Origin: an uncultured bacterium
GTDB lineage: Bacteria > Babelota > Babeliae > Babelales > Vermiphilaceae
Length of the DNA: 64,000 nt
NCBI GenBank assembly: GCA_963702025.1
Contig: OY969699.1
Coordinates: 960,001-1,024,000, forward strand
Reading direction: 5' to 3'
Both the position numbers and the translations under genes were made by a program. Positions 39,213 to 48,724 of this stretch are shown here, piece by piece. Under the pieces are notes generated by a model. The model saw nothing but the letters and a program-made list of their open reading frames with translations. It had not been told where the DNA came from and did not search any database. Position 1 is the first letter of the stretch. Every line of letters starts with the position of its first letter.

Positions 39213-40030
39213 ATAGAATAATATTCGCATCAATCTTAATTTTAAATACCTTTATTTCTGCTCAATATCCTGAGATACCCACCACTGAGCAACTACTTAA
39301 CACTGATAATTGGGAAATCTCATTCAAATGGAAACGTGATTCTAATAAACAAAATGTCGATATGGATAGTTGGCTGACCATAGCAAATGCCATGCATGAC
39401 TTAGTTATCAAAGGCTATACCTATCCTGATGAAAAAAGCGCGCAGTTACTTGAAGAAGCTTTCAAAACGATTACTTCTTTAAGACACATGCAGCTTAATA
39501 ATCCTTTAAAAGGAATCCAAGAAACACTCTTTGTAGGAGGCCAATCAAGTGCGCAATCAGAAAAACTCGCCTATCCTGAACATACTAATAATATGGTCTG
39601 GCTTGGTTGCCTAACAACCGGTCATAATCCAAATGACGACTCTCTGCAAGAAATTGCAATTATTATCACCGATCCACAGCTCAATATTATTGCTCAAAGC
39701 CCGATATTTGAATTGAATCAGGAATCTGATGTTGATAAAATTGAATTGTTCATCCTTGATTTTGTTAAGCATCATACCAAAGAAAAACCTGCCCTCTTGG
39801 GGCAAGATCGCATTCGTGAATATCGTGCATTGTTAAAAAAATGTATGCCTCATCTTGAAGCATATTTTTCCACGGTCACCATGAACTGTTTTTCAATGCG
39901 TGAATTGTGCATGTTTTGGCAGCTTGAGGTATATCAAAGAAATGAAATACATTCATCATTAGAAGCTGCATATGAGGCTTTGGCTGAGGCAAAATTTTAT
40001 AAAGAAAAGTATTTTACGCAGCAAAAATAA
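39209..40030 (+). CDS. Secreted protein with degenerate oligoribonuclease (Orn) domain
   Basis: NMVWLGCLTTGHNPNDDSLQEIAIIITDPQLNIIA matches the Orn N-terminus; C-terminal H......E...E..FY. Confidence 0.8.
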   Translation: MNRIIFASILILNTFISAQYPEIPTTEQLLNTDNWEISFKWKRDSNKQNVDMDSWLTIANAMHDLVIKGYTYPDEKSAQLLEEAFKTITSLRHMQLNNPLKGIQETLFVGGQSSAQSEKLAYPEHTNNMVWLGCLTTGHNPNDDSLQEIAIIITDPQLNIIAQSPIFELNQESDVDKIELFILDFVKHHTKEKPALLGQDRIREYRALLKKCMPHLEAYFSTVTMNCFSMRELCMFWQLEVYQRNEIHSSLEAAYEALAEAKFYKEKYFTQQK

Positions 40031-40063
40031 ACTTTCGCATTAGAAATCATTAAAAATTGTATT

Positions 40064-41317
40064 TTATGGTTGCTGCAATCTCATTCCCTCTTTCCATCTT
40101 TTAACATATCGTTCTTGTCTTTGTGCTAAAGCTTTTTTGAGAAGATCAAAGATCTCCTTTCTATCAAGTCCCTTTTCTATAAGATCTTGCGCTAGGCCTA
40201 TAGCGGTTTGGTCATTTTTGTTTCTTATAGTAAGATTTGCTCCCGCATCAATCAATAATGTGACCATTTCTGGATAGCCTTCAGCCACTGCATTATGTAA
40301 GGGAGTATTACCCGTTTGAATACTTTGATTATTAACGTGAGCCCCTTTGGCAATTAACAGTTTTGCTAACTCAGGCTCTCTTCGAAAGATGGCCATATTG
40401 AGAGCAAAATCATCCTTATTATTTTTTATGTTTACATCAGCGCTACTATTAATGAGTAACTTTGCAATATCTCGATTCTGACTATTCAAAGCTAAAAGTA
40501 ACGGTGTATTGCCATCTCCTGCTTGAATATTGGGATTTGCTCCTGCTTCAAGCAATCGACGAGCTATGCCCAGAAGATCCTTGCGATTTGATGCACTAAT
40601 GACAACCAAGGCAGTACCTCCTCCGTTATCTTGCGCATTAATATTTGCACCGGCTTTTATTAAAAAATTAACGATCTCTCGCAATTCTTGAGTTGTAAAA
40701 CTTTCTTCCGGAGAAAAACGTCTAAAGATAGTAATTAATGGTGTTCCACCGGGAGAATATTGGCCCTTCTCTTTTCCATTGATGTTCGAACCATGCTCTT
40801 TCAATAGCTGTATAAACTTTGCATTCTTGATTTGGGTAATATCTAAAGTTGATTTTTCCAGATAATCCTTACCATCAAGTATAATTTTTACCACATATGC
40901 ATCACTGTTGGCGGCCGGATCAAAAGTGAATTGCTGCTTATTAGGACCAGCCCGGCGCGGCGCAAGTTGAAAATCGATAGTCCCAGATTTGAATCTTTCT
41001 ATGTAGAAATTAAGCGCATTAGACATAAATCCCCGATTTGGCAAATCCTGAAATTGTATAGTAAATGATCCCGTTTCTTCTCGCAGAACTGCACTTGGTC
41101 TTGATTCAGGGATTATCGGCAAAGCCTTTGGCTCTAATATTTTTGTATGATCCCCAATCTTTGCTTCTTCTTTGCCAGGGAATTCTATTTTCCAATCTTT
41201 ATCTGTCCTGTTATCAATCGTTAAAAATACTAATCCATTATACGATTCAGGCTTATCCATAGCTGTCAGACAACCTAAAAAGCTGAGCATCAGTAACAGT
41301 ATTCTTTTCATAGCCAT
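40064..41317 (-). CDS. Secreted ankyrin-repeat protein with N-terminal unknown domain
   Basis: Multiple G.TPL/GA..N repeats; signal peptide. Confidence 0.92.
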   Translation of the reverse strand: MAMKRILLLMLSFLGCLTAMDKPESYNGLVFLTIDNRTDKDWKIEFPGKEEAKIGDHTKILEPKALPIIPESRPSAVLREETGSFTIQFQDLPNRGFMSNALNFYIERFKSGTIDFQLAPRRAGPNKQQFTFDPAANSDAYVVKIILDGKDYLEKSTLDITQIKNAKFIQLLKEHGSNINGKEKGQYSPGGTPLITIFRRFSPEESFTTQELREIVNFLIKAGANINAQDNGGGTALVVISASNRKDLLGIARRLLEAGANPNIQAGDGNTPLLLALNSQNRDIAKLLINSSADVNIKNNKDDFALNMAIFRREPELAKLLIAKGAHVNNQSIQTGNTPLHNAVAEGYPEMVTLLIDAGANLTIRNKNDQTAIGLAQDLIEKGLDRKEIFDLLKKALAQRQERYVKRWKEGMRLQQP

Positions 41318-41424
41318 TTTCTCCTAAAAATAGATTTTTATTTTGAATATATTACAAAAAAGCTTAATTATTCTATAATTATATATATAAAAATAATCAT
41401 GATAGAAAAACATAAGGAAACATT

Positions 41425-41820
41425 ATGCTCAAAAAACTATTTTCTCTTTTAGCTCCGGCATTCTTAATAACCTGCTCAGCTCATGCTAGCCAAGATCCAA
41501 AGTCTTTCAACGCGGAAGAAATTATGCGCATGCAAACTCAGCATGTTTTGGATATCTGCCAGCAAAAACCTGAAAACAAACATTGTGAGCAAATTCGTAG
41601 CATTCTTAATCATTTTCAAAATCCACCCAAATCAAAACTTGCTGTGATCAAGGGCCCATTTTTACCGACTGACCATGCACGCGCAATTCTTCATTTTCAA
41701 ACACAGGATTTAGGCAAAATAATGGGCTGGGATGAAGATCGGATTATGCAAGAAACCACTCTTTTACATACAGCATTGGAAAAAATATTAGCGGAGCCGC
41801 GGCAGCAACAAAAAAAATAG
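41425..41820 (+). CDS. Secreted hypothetical protein
   Basis: AAGGA RBS; signal peptide ...SAHA|S. Confidence 0.75.
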   Translation: MLKKLFSLLAPAFLITCSAHASQDPKSFNAEEIMRMQTQHVLDICQQKPENKHCEQIRSILNHFQNPPKSKLAVIKGPFLPTDHARAILHFQTQDLGKIMGWDEDRIMQETTLLHTALEKILAEPRQQQKK

Positions 41821-41828
41821 AGTTAAAA

Positions 41829-42611
41829 ATGGGGAAAATAGCCTTGCTCATAAAGAATAAACAAGTTGGCCTTTTAATAGTATTAATGGTATTAATTCTG
41901 TTTCCATCTTCTGGCCTGTTAGCTATGGAAGAAGAATCTCCACTTTTTAAGGCGATGAGCAAACCCGTTGAGCTTTTTGAACAACTATTACGCGCGGGCG
42001 CTGATCCTAATGTACGTAAGTTTAACGGTCCTCTTACGGGAATTAGTTGCTTACATGCGTTATTATGCTGGACCGATGTCCCGGATCGGGAGAAAAAAAT
42101 TCAGCTGTTGCTCACCCATAAAGCTGATCCTAATATTCAAGCATTTTACAAGGATACGCCATTAATGTACGCAGTAGCAGACTTCCCCTCTGCAATTCCT
42201 CTGCTCTTGCAAGCAGGAGCCGATATTAATCAACCGAATGAAAATGGATTCACCGCACTCTCTAGAGCAGTAAATAAGCGATCAAAAATAGCGGTGCGCT
42301 TATTGCTGACTAATAAAATACAAGCACCCCATTTTCATTATGGCCAGTTAGTGGCGGCAGTTAATCAATATCGCCATGTCTTTTATTTAGCACGATCAGA
42401 GGAGCAAACATTTAGCGGTGTACATCCTATAATTGCTGCCGATTTTCGCGCTATTGGCAGAGCTTTGAAACAATTTGAAGGTCTGTATACCTATCGGGGC
42501 AGAATTGCCAAAAAGGGTCTTGCTCAAATATTACCCGAAGATATTGTAAAAATTATTGCCATGCATTGCGAATATCCGTCTTTACAAGCAAACAACATTA
42601 ACAAACCATAA
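41829..42611 (+). CDS. Secreted ankyrin-repeat protein with C-terminal F-box-like motif
   Basis: GADPN, DTPLMYA, GFTAL; LAQILPEDIVKIIA. Confidence 0.85.
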   Translation: MGKIALLIKNKQVGLLIVLMVLILFPSSGLLAMEEESPLFKAMSKPVELFEQLLRAGADPNVRKFNGPLTGISCLHALLCWTDVPDREKKIQLLLTHKADPNIQAFYKDTPLMYAVADFPSAIPLLLQAGADINQPNENGFTALSRAVNKRSKIAVRLLLTNKIQAPHFHYGQLVAAVNQYRHVFYLARSEEQTFSGVHPIIAADFRAIGRALKQFEGLYTYRGRIAKKGLAQILPEDIVKIIAMHCEYPSLQANNINKP

Positions 42612-42621
42612 AAGGAATAGA

Positions 42622-43728
42622 ATGAAGCGAATTCTTATACCAATGATTGCGATTTCTCTTGGCATATTGGGCATCACTGCGTGCATGCAAAAAAACAATG
42701 GTGACGCAAAAATAACAGCGGCAATTGATGATTATCTAAAGACTCAAACATCTGCCGGGAACTTTAGTGGCACCGTGCTGGTGGCAAAAAAAGGCACTAT
42801 TATTCTGCGCAAAGCATATGGGTTTGCAAATTATGAGCTTGATGTTCCCAATACACCGACCATGAAATTTCGCATAGGCTCGGTGACCAAACAGTTTACT
42901 GCCTTAGCAATTTTACAGTTACAAGAGCGTGGACTTCTGAAGGTAACTGATCCACTGGCAAAATACATTCCCGATTTTCCCAATGCACATAACATCACTA
43001 TTCATCAATTGCTCACACACACTTCCGGCATTTTTAATATTTCTCGTACGCCTGATATTTTAGAGCGGGCTAAACAATCGATCACGCTCGAAAAAGAGAT
43101 CGAAATCATCAAAAAAGGGGCTCCTGAATTCACTCCGGGCGATCATTATAGTTATAACAATTCCGGCTATGTAGTGCTCATCTCTATTATTCAAAAAGTA
43201 TCAGGCAAAACATATGAGAAATATTTACAGGAAAATATATTTAATCCTCAGGGTATGAAAGATAGTGGTATTGATGATCCGATAAAAATTATAAAGAATC
43301 GCGTTGCGGGTTATGACAAAGATACTCATGGTCTTAAAAATGCGGTATACACTGATATGGCCTGGGCTAATGGTGCAGGGGCTATTTATTCCACTATTGA
43401 TGATATGTATCTTTGGAATCGCGCTTTATACGGCAATAAATTGCTCTCTCAAAAATCACTTGATGCAATGATGACCGGCTATATTCCCATGGTGCAAGGC
43501 TCAGATGCAATTAAGTATGGCTATGGACTCGAGATTGAAAATAATACACCATTTGGGCGACGTATAGAGCATGGCGGCAAAACCAATGGATTCCGTTCAT
43601 TGCTAGTATGCTATCCTGACGAAGATGTTTGCATTATTATTTTGAGTAATTTTATTTTCGCGCCGGTCAAAGAAATCAAAGATACTATCATGGCCAATCT
43701 CTTTAACCAACCACATCAAATACCATGA
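42622..43728 (+). CDS. Serine hydrolase of the beta-lactamase/class C family, probable lipoprotein
   Basis: SVTK (SxxK), YNN (YxN), HGG; ITAC lipobox. Confidence 0.93.
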   Translation: MKRILIPMIAISLGILGITACMQKNNGDAKITAAIDDYLKTQTSAGNFSGTVLVAKKGTIILRKAYGFANYELDVPNTPTMKFRIGSVTKQFTALAILQLQERGLLKVTDPLAKYIPDFPNAHNITIHQLLTHTSGIFNISRTPDILERAKQSITLEKEIEIIKKGAPEFTPGDHYSYNNSGYVVLISIIQKVSGKTYEKYLQENIFNPQGMKDSGIDDPIKIIKNRVAGYDKDTHGLKNAVYTDMAWANGAGAIYSTIDDMYLWNRALYGNKLLSQKSLDAMMTGYIPMVQGSDAIKYGYGLEIENNTPFGRRIEHGGKTNGFRSLLVCYPDEDVCIIILSNFIFAPVKEIKDTIMANLFNQPHQIP

Positions 43729-43985
43729 GTAACATTAAAGAGCTTATGCAAATTCCCGGTGTTGGAAAGGCATGTGCATTGGATCTTTGGAATATAGGCA
43801 TTCGTTCCATTGATGATCTTAAAGATGCTAATCCGGATGTTCTTTACGCCAAGCTTTGTGAATACCAAAGTCAAAAAGTAGATCGCTGCATGCTGTATGC
43901 GTTTCGTTGCGCCGTCTATTATGCTTCACATAAAAAGTATGATCCGGAATTATTAAAATGGTGGAACTGGAAAGATGAGAAATGA
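43725..43985 (+). CDS. Helix-hairpin-helix protein (Cdd1-like family)
   Basis: IPGVGKACALDL...DRCMLYAFRCAVYYA...WWNWKD. Confidence 0.85.
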   Translation: MSNIKELMQIPGVGKACALDLWNIGIRSIDDLKDANPDVLYAKLCEYQSQKVDRCMLYAFRCAVYYASHKKYDPELLKWWNWKDEK

Positions 43986-43986
43986 G

Positions 43987-44679
43987 TTAGTGAACCGCAG
44001 CCTTCTCTTTTTTTAAAACTTTTCTAAATGTCATCGAAATTCTCCCTTTTTTTACCGGTAACAAGCCATGTTTCCACTCATGCCGCAATGTACCTTTAAA
44101 TAAAAAAGCGGTGCCGGGTTTTTCCTCAAGATAAAAACGACTTGATTCGCCAATCTTGGGATTTTCAAAAAAGAGATTTTGCACTGTATCCGGTTCAACA
44201 ATAAGGCCGATAATCGATTCATCAAAATAATAGGTTCGCTCTTCTTTCATCTGTGCCCAGGTAAGATTGCGATCGATATGAGGCGCAATTCCATCCCCGG
44301 GTTGGTACATGGTAACAATGCAATTATCGTAATCTAATGCACAATCCTTAGGATCAAGTTGATCTTTGAATAGCTCGAATACCTGATTCCGAATCCCTGC
44401 AATAAATGCAGGTATCGGTCGTTCAACAAGGCGGCCTTTTTCAAGCGCATGAAATACCTTGCCAAAATCTATCGTTTCTCGGTAATAATGCGCATCGGGC
44501 CAGGTATGTTTAATTTCTTCGCTTAGCGCATGAATATTTTCTACTAAAGACTTGGGTAAATCCATATGGGCAATAAATAAGGCATCCACCGGAGTGCGCT
44601 GTAAAATAGGCAGGTCATTACCAAAGGCAGCTGATCCCAAAAATGAGATTATCAGAAAAGTAATTACATGCTTAATCAT
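43987..44679 (-). CDS. Secreted AlkB-like 2OG-Fe(II) dioxygenase
   Basis: NCIVTMYQPGDGIAPHID, WKHGL, RISMTFR; signal peptide from MIKHVIT. Confidence 0.9.
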   Translation of the reverse strand: MIKHVITFLIISFLGSAAFGNDLPILQRTPVDALFIAHMDLPKSLVENIHALSEEIKHTWPDAHYYRETIDFGKVFHALEKGRLVERPIPAFIAGIRNQVFELFKDQLDPKDCALDYDNCIVTMYQPGDGIAPHIDRNLTWAQMKEERTYYFDESIIGLIVEPDTVQNLFFENPKIGESSRFYLEEKPGTAFLFKGTLRHEWKHGLLPVKKGRISMTFRKVLKKEKAAVH

Positions 44680-44760
44680 AATTTCCTTGTACCAATGCAG
44701 ACCCATATCTTTCAATGGGTCTGCCATGTGATGTATTATCGCCTCATTTTATAGTTCTTT

Positions 44761-45588
44761 TTATTTTTGCACATTATATTCCATAAAAATCCAATATGCC
44801 GGATTAAAATCATGCCCCGGCTCTTTTATAGGATTTGCGTCAATCCCAAATCCCCAGGAACGATATGCCGCAATTGCTTGGGCATTGGTTACTCGGGTAC
44901 ACAAGAAAATACGTTCCACTTCAGGAACAATGGTAAAGATAGAATTCATAAGCAACTTGCCCAATCCTCTATTTTGCGCGTGAGGAGTTACACCCATTGC
45001 AGTCACTTTGCAGGTGCCATGCGGGTATGAAGGACGAACAAAAAAGGTGATAAATCCCAGCAAATTATCCGTTTTGCAATCATTGACGGTGACAGAAACA
45101 TAAACATCATCTGTACCAAATTTTGACCAATCTGTTTTGGTATAGAGATTATTGATAATTGAGTAAACATTGTCTTTGGCTACCTGCCAATCAATAGAAG
45201 CCTTATTTTCAAATAATGGCGCAATTGATTGATACAATCGCTCAGTTGATGCAGCTTCCGGATGTGTTTGCAAAAACCCTAATTCAACTGAGGTAAATGC
45301 CTGGGATGCCAGATCAGCTATCTGATTCATGCTCGGAACAAATTGAGCTGATTGAGTGGTAAGAATATGCCAATGCAAACTAACAGCATTACTCATTTTA
45401 TCTTTTGCATTGAATGAGCCCGAGGCATTTTCTTGGGCTCTTTTTTGTAAAGAAGTTATCCAGTTTACAGAATTTTGATTATTCATTGTTTTATTTCTTT
45501 CATTATGAAGTTCTTTTTGGGCATAGGTTATAAAAAATAGTGCCAAACCTATAAAAAGGCACAGGATTATGCGTGGAGCATAAAACAT
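44761..45588 (-). CDS. GNAT acetyltransferase with N-terminal anchor
   Basis: VTPHAQNRGLGKLL, NAQAIAAYRSWGF. Confidence 0.88.
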   Translation of the reverse strand: MFYAPRIILCLFIGLALFFITYAQKELHNERNKTMNNQNSVNWITSLQKRAQENASGSFNAKDKMSNAVSLHWHILTTQSAQFVPSMNQIADLASQAFTSVELGFLQTHPEAASTERLYQSIAPLFENKASIDWQVAKDNVYSIINNLYTKTDWSKFGTDDVYVSVTVNDCKTDNLLGFITFFVRPSYPHGTCKVTAMGVTPHAQNRGLGKLLMNSIFTIVPEVERIFLCTRVTNAQAIAAYRSWGFGIDANPIKEPGHDFNPAYWIFMEYNVQK

Positions 45589-45636
45589 GGGAATATCCTG
45601 ATTTAATATAAAAAATGGTAATTAGACTCGATACCC

Positions 45637-45716
45637 CGTCTTCGCTAAAGCTTCGTAGACGTAAACCTGGTTCCGCTCATGGTGAGGAGGAACCGGCAGG
45701 TTCTGTCTCGAACCAT
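45637..45716. repeat. Adjacent family 2 (45637-61) and family 1 (45673-716) REP-like palindromes
   Basis: CGTCTTCGCTAAAGCTTCGTAGACG; CCGCTCATGGTGAG...GTCTCGAACCAT. Confidence 0.8.
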
Positions 45717-45868
45717 CAAAGCATGGGCATTAAAGGATAAAAGTCACAAAATGGACTAATAAGGAGATAAGAACTTTCATAAAAACGCCCCCGGATACTA
45801 TCCATAGTAGAGAGACTAAAAAATAGGTAACATTTTAATAATAGTGAAAAAAAGGCTAGAAAGCAATA

Positions 45869-46072
45869 TTATTTGGTGAATTCCAATAAATCGCCGGGCT
45901 GGCAATCCAGTGCTAAACAGAGTGCTTGGAGTGTTGAAAATCTGATAGCCTTTGCTTTGCTTGTTTTTAAAATTGAAAGATTTGCCTCGGTAATATCAAC
46001 ACGCTCTGCAAGCTCGTTAAGCCGCATTTTACGCTTAGCCATCATTTCATCGAGTTTAACAACAATTTTCAT
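45869..46072 (-). CDS. Cro/C1-type HTH transcriptional regulator (YozG-like)
   Basis: ELAERVDITEANLSILKT.KAKAIRFSTL...DCQPGDLL. Confidence 0.93.
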   Translation of the reverse strand: MKIVVKLDEMMAKRKMRLNELAERVDITEANLSILKTSKAKAIRFSTLQALCLALDCQPGDLLEFTK

Positions 46073-46085
46073 TTATGACCTGTTT

Positions 46086-46676
46086 TTATACGGTTAAATC
46101 TTGTTCACTTTTTAAACGGAAGCCTTCTTGCATCATTAATGAAATAACCAGAAAAAAGCCGAAAATCAGTAATTTGATTATAGCATTATCAACTGCATAT
46201 CCTAATGAAAGGGCGGTCGTTTCAGCTGTTTCGTGAAAAACAAAAACACTTAATAATAACCCGCAGATGGGAGTATAAATAGCCCATAAAAGTGCAAGTT
46301 TACTCATTTTGCGCAATAATGAGACTGTTGTTAATGAAAATATCTCCCCCTTATAGAAACAACGCATGAGCTTTATACAGTAAAAAAGCGCAGCCAACAC
46401 GATAACCATTGTTATACTTTCTACAAGGAATCCGATGACTCGGTGTTCAAACGAGATATTACGCAAAAAGTTAAGGGAATCGGGGCACATACTTGATATG
46501 TTGTTTCTATCCATATAGGGAAGCCAAAAATTCATATTTTTGAGTACCGGAATTTTGTCTTGAGTCCACCGCATAATCAAAGTTATTACTGTAATAGGCA
46601 TAAGAAAAATAGAGATTTTCTCCATCCATCCGGCATAAAAGGTAATTTTTTGCATAGAATTTTTAGTCTTAAGCAT
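46086..46676 (-). CDS. DUF2975-family membrane protein
   Basis: Four TM helices, GEIFS, C-terminal LKSEQDLTV; usual partner of a YozG-like HTH. Confidence 0.85.
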   Translation of the reverse strand: MLKTKNSMQKITFYAGWMEKISIFLMPITVITLIMRWTQDKIPVLKNMNFWLPYMDRNNISSMCPDSLNFLRNISFEHRVIGFLVESITMVIVLAALFYCIKLMRCFYKGEIFSLTTVSLLRKMSKLALLWAIYTPICGLLLSVFVFHETAETTALSLGYAVDNAIIKLLIFGFFLVISLMMQEGFRLKSEQDLTV

Positions 46677-46873
46677 GACTAATCCTTGGTAATATGGATA
46701 TAAAATTTATTTGGGATATATTACAAAATTTAACAGATGTTTATTGAATGTCAATAAATATATATTGATAATAAATAAACAGGGGGGGCTGGCAGGTAAT
46801 TTCAGCCAAGACACAAAAAAGCGTTTGACCAATGAGTCTAAAAATAGGTAGTAATTTAAAAATTGGCTCTAAA

Positions 46874-47950
46874 TCAAGTAATTTTGAGAGTCTTATCAAA
46901 AAATTCTAAAACTCTATCCATAATTATATTGAGCGTTTTTAACGGGTCTGGGATATTCAGCTTAGGGAAAACAATATCCGAATCACTAAAAGAATTATGA
47001 TTTGCCACAACGGTAATTAAGCGAGCTTGCTCAGCATTCGTCATTACTAGCTTTTCGATTGTTTCTTTTAGATTTGACGGATTTCCACTCGTACTAATAA
47101 AAAGGAATGGCGCTGGAATTCTTAGATTGGAATCAGGAAAAAGCAGACCGCCATCAAGTGCTATCCCAGCCTTGCAGCGATTATCTTTATTGCAAAAATA
47201 AAGTGCTGCTGCTGCACCGTAAGAATGCCCAATAACTGCTAATTTTTGCAAATCTAAATGACCTGAAAATATAGAATTATGATTGGCATTTATTTTTTCT
47301 AATTCATCTATCACAAATCTTATGTCTGCAACCCAGGTAGCCAATTCACATATTTGTGCACTTTTATCCATTTCTAATTTACCCCGCAAATCCGGTTGGG
47401 CAGGAATCATGCGCTTATCATCAAAAATTACCACCGATGCCGCATACGGTGAATTAATCGCTACAACAATATAACCAGAGCTGGCAAGCTCGGATAACAA
47501 AATCTCATAATTATAACCCGTAAATTGCCATCCATGGCAAAAGATGAGTATTGGAAATTTTTGTTTTTCAGTCGAAAGTGGTGCATTAACTATTACATGA
47601 GTCTTTATTTGATCTAAGTAGTCAAAATGAGAAACTGGCTTATTAAATTTCTTACTTATACTTGCTTTTGTAAAATTCAGTGTATCGTGTAAGTAAGTCA
47701 GTTGCTTGCCTTCGCTATTTTTCTTTGCAGGGTACCAAAATTGTACCATGAGCTCTCGATGATCATTGGTATTCTTTGAATGATTTTCTTTTCGGGTTAT
47801 GTCTCTCAGATAGCTCTTGATAAATCCAACGGGATAGTGCCCTCGCGGCATAGGCATAACAATATTTTTAGGTTGATCAATATATACCGGCTTTTGCATC
47901 GCCTCAACGAGCATAAAGCATCCTAAAGCAATAAGAATAGTTTTGCGCAT
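46874..47950 (-). CDS. Secreted alpha/beta hydrolase (PAF-acetylhydrolase-like)
   Basis: RELMVQFWYP, ELASSGYIV, GHSYG, LDG, HNSFSD. Confidence 0.9.
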   Translation of the reverse strand: MRKTILIALGCFMLVEAMQKPVYIDQPKNIVMPMPRGHYPVGFIKSYLRDITRKENHSKNTNDHRELMVQFWYPAKKNSEGKQLTYLHDTLNFTKASISKKFNKPVSHFDYLDQIKTHVIVNAPLSTEKQKFPILIFCHGWQFTGYNYEILLSELASSGYIVVAINSPYAASVVIFDDKRMIPAQPDLRGKLEMDKSAQICELATWVADIRFVIDELEKINANHNSIFSGHLDLQKLAVIGHSYGAAAALYFCNKDNRCKAGIALDGGLLFPDSNLRIPAPFLFISTSGNPSNLKETIEKLVMTNAEQARLITVVANHNSFSDSDIVFPKLNIPDPLKTLNIIMDRVLEFFDKTLKIT

Positions 47951-48213
47951 GAAGAGTATCCTTCACTAATTTTTAAACTTTAATGATCAGGAATATGCTA
48001 ATGCGATATTTACTTAGAAATCAAGTATGTTGCATACGAATCTGCCTTATATACCCTGTTTGTCAAAGAAAAACAGTCGCAATTCGTCAAAGAAATGCTT
48101 CTTAAAATTGACAAACAGAATATATAAAAGGCTAAAATTGAATAATTTTATTAAACAAGTATAATTATTAATATAAATTTGTATTTATTAGACTGAAAAT
48201 AGAGGATTATCAC

Positions 48214-48612
48214 ATGAAAAAAATAGTAGCTCTTTCACTATCATTATTATTGCTTCCTATAAGCAATACTGAGGCTTTATCTTTCAAAGCCGGTGCCAAA
48301 TTAGTGGGTGGCGGCATTTGTTGTTTGTATAGCGCCAACTCATTCATCAAAACAGCAGCGCTCGTCAATTATTTACGAAACACCAATCTCGATAACTTAC
48401 CACTTGCCTTTGACCAGAATGCGCACGGTTTAGCCAGAGATGCACAAGGTGTAGCAGCTTTCACCGCAGCTTTTACTCTCGCTATCTTATCAGTCACCAG
48501 AGCCATGATGACCGCAGAAGCAATGAGTTATGCTCTTGAAGGAGTCGGTTCAGGATTACTGGGTGCTTGGTTATTAACGAGTGGATACAAAGATCTTCAG
48601 GACCATGCATGA
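48214..48612 (+). CDS. Hydrophobic hypothetical protein
   Basis: GAGG RBS; signal peptide; hydrophobic helices. Confidence 0.7.
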   Translation: MKKIVALSLSLLLLPISNTEALSFKAGAKLVGGGICCLYSANSFIKTAALVNYLRNTNLDNLPLAFDQNAHGLARDAQGVAAFTAAFTLAILSVTRAMMTAEAMSYALEGVGSGLLGAWLLTSGYKDLQDHA

Positions 48613-48724
48613 AATTATCTCTTTTGCCGCTACTACTATTCTCATCTTTCATAAGCCACTTATCTTATGCCGTCACCTGGCAATGTGGCATTGAGCATCA
48701 GATCAAAAAATGGAACCCTCATCT

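Noticed and set aside
42622..43728. Antibiotic-resistance island (beta-lactamase-like, CPT-like, GNAT genes)
   Set aside because: These are broad enzyme families; motifs alone do not show resistance, and most carry export signals.
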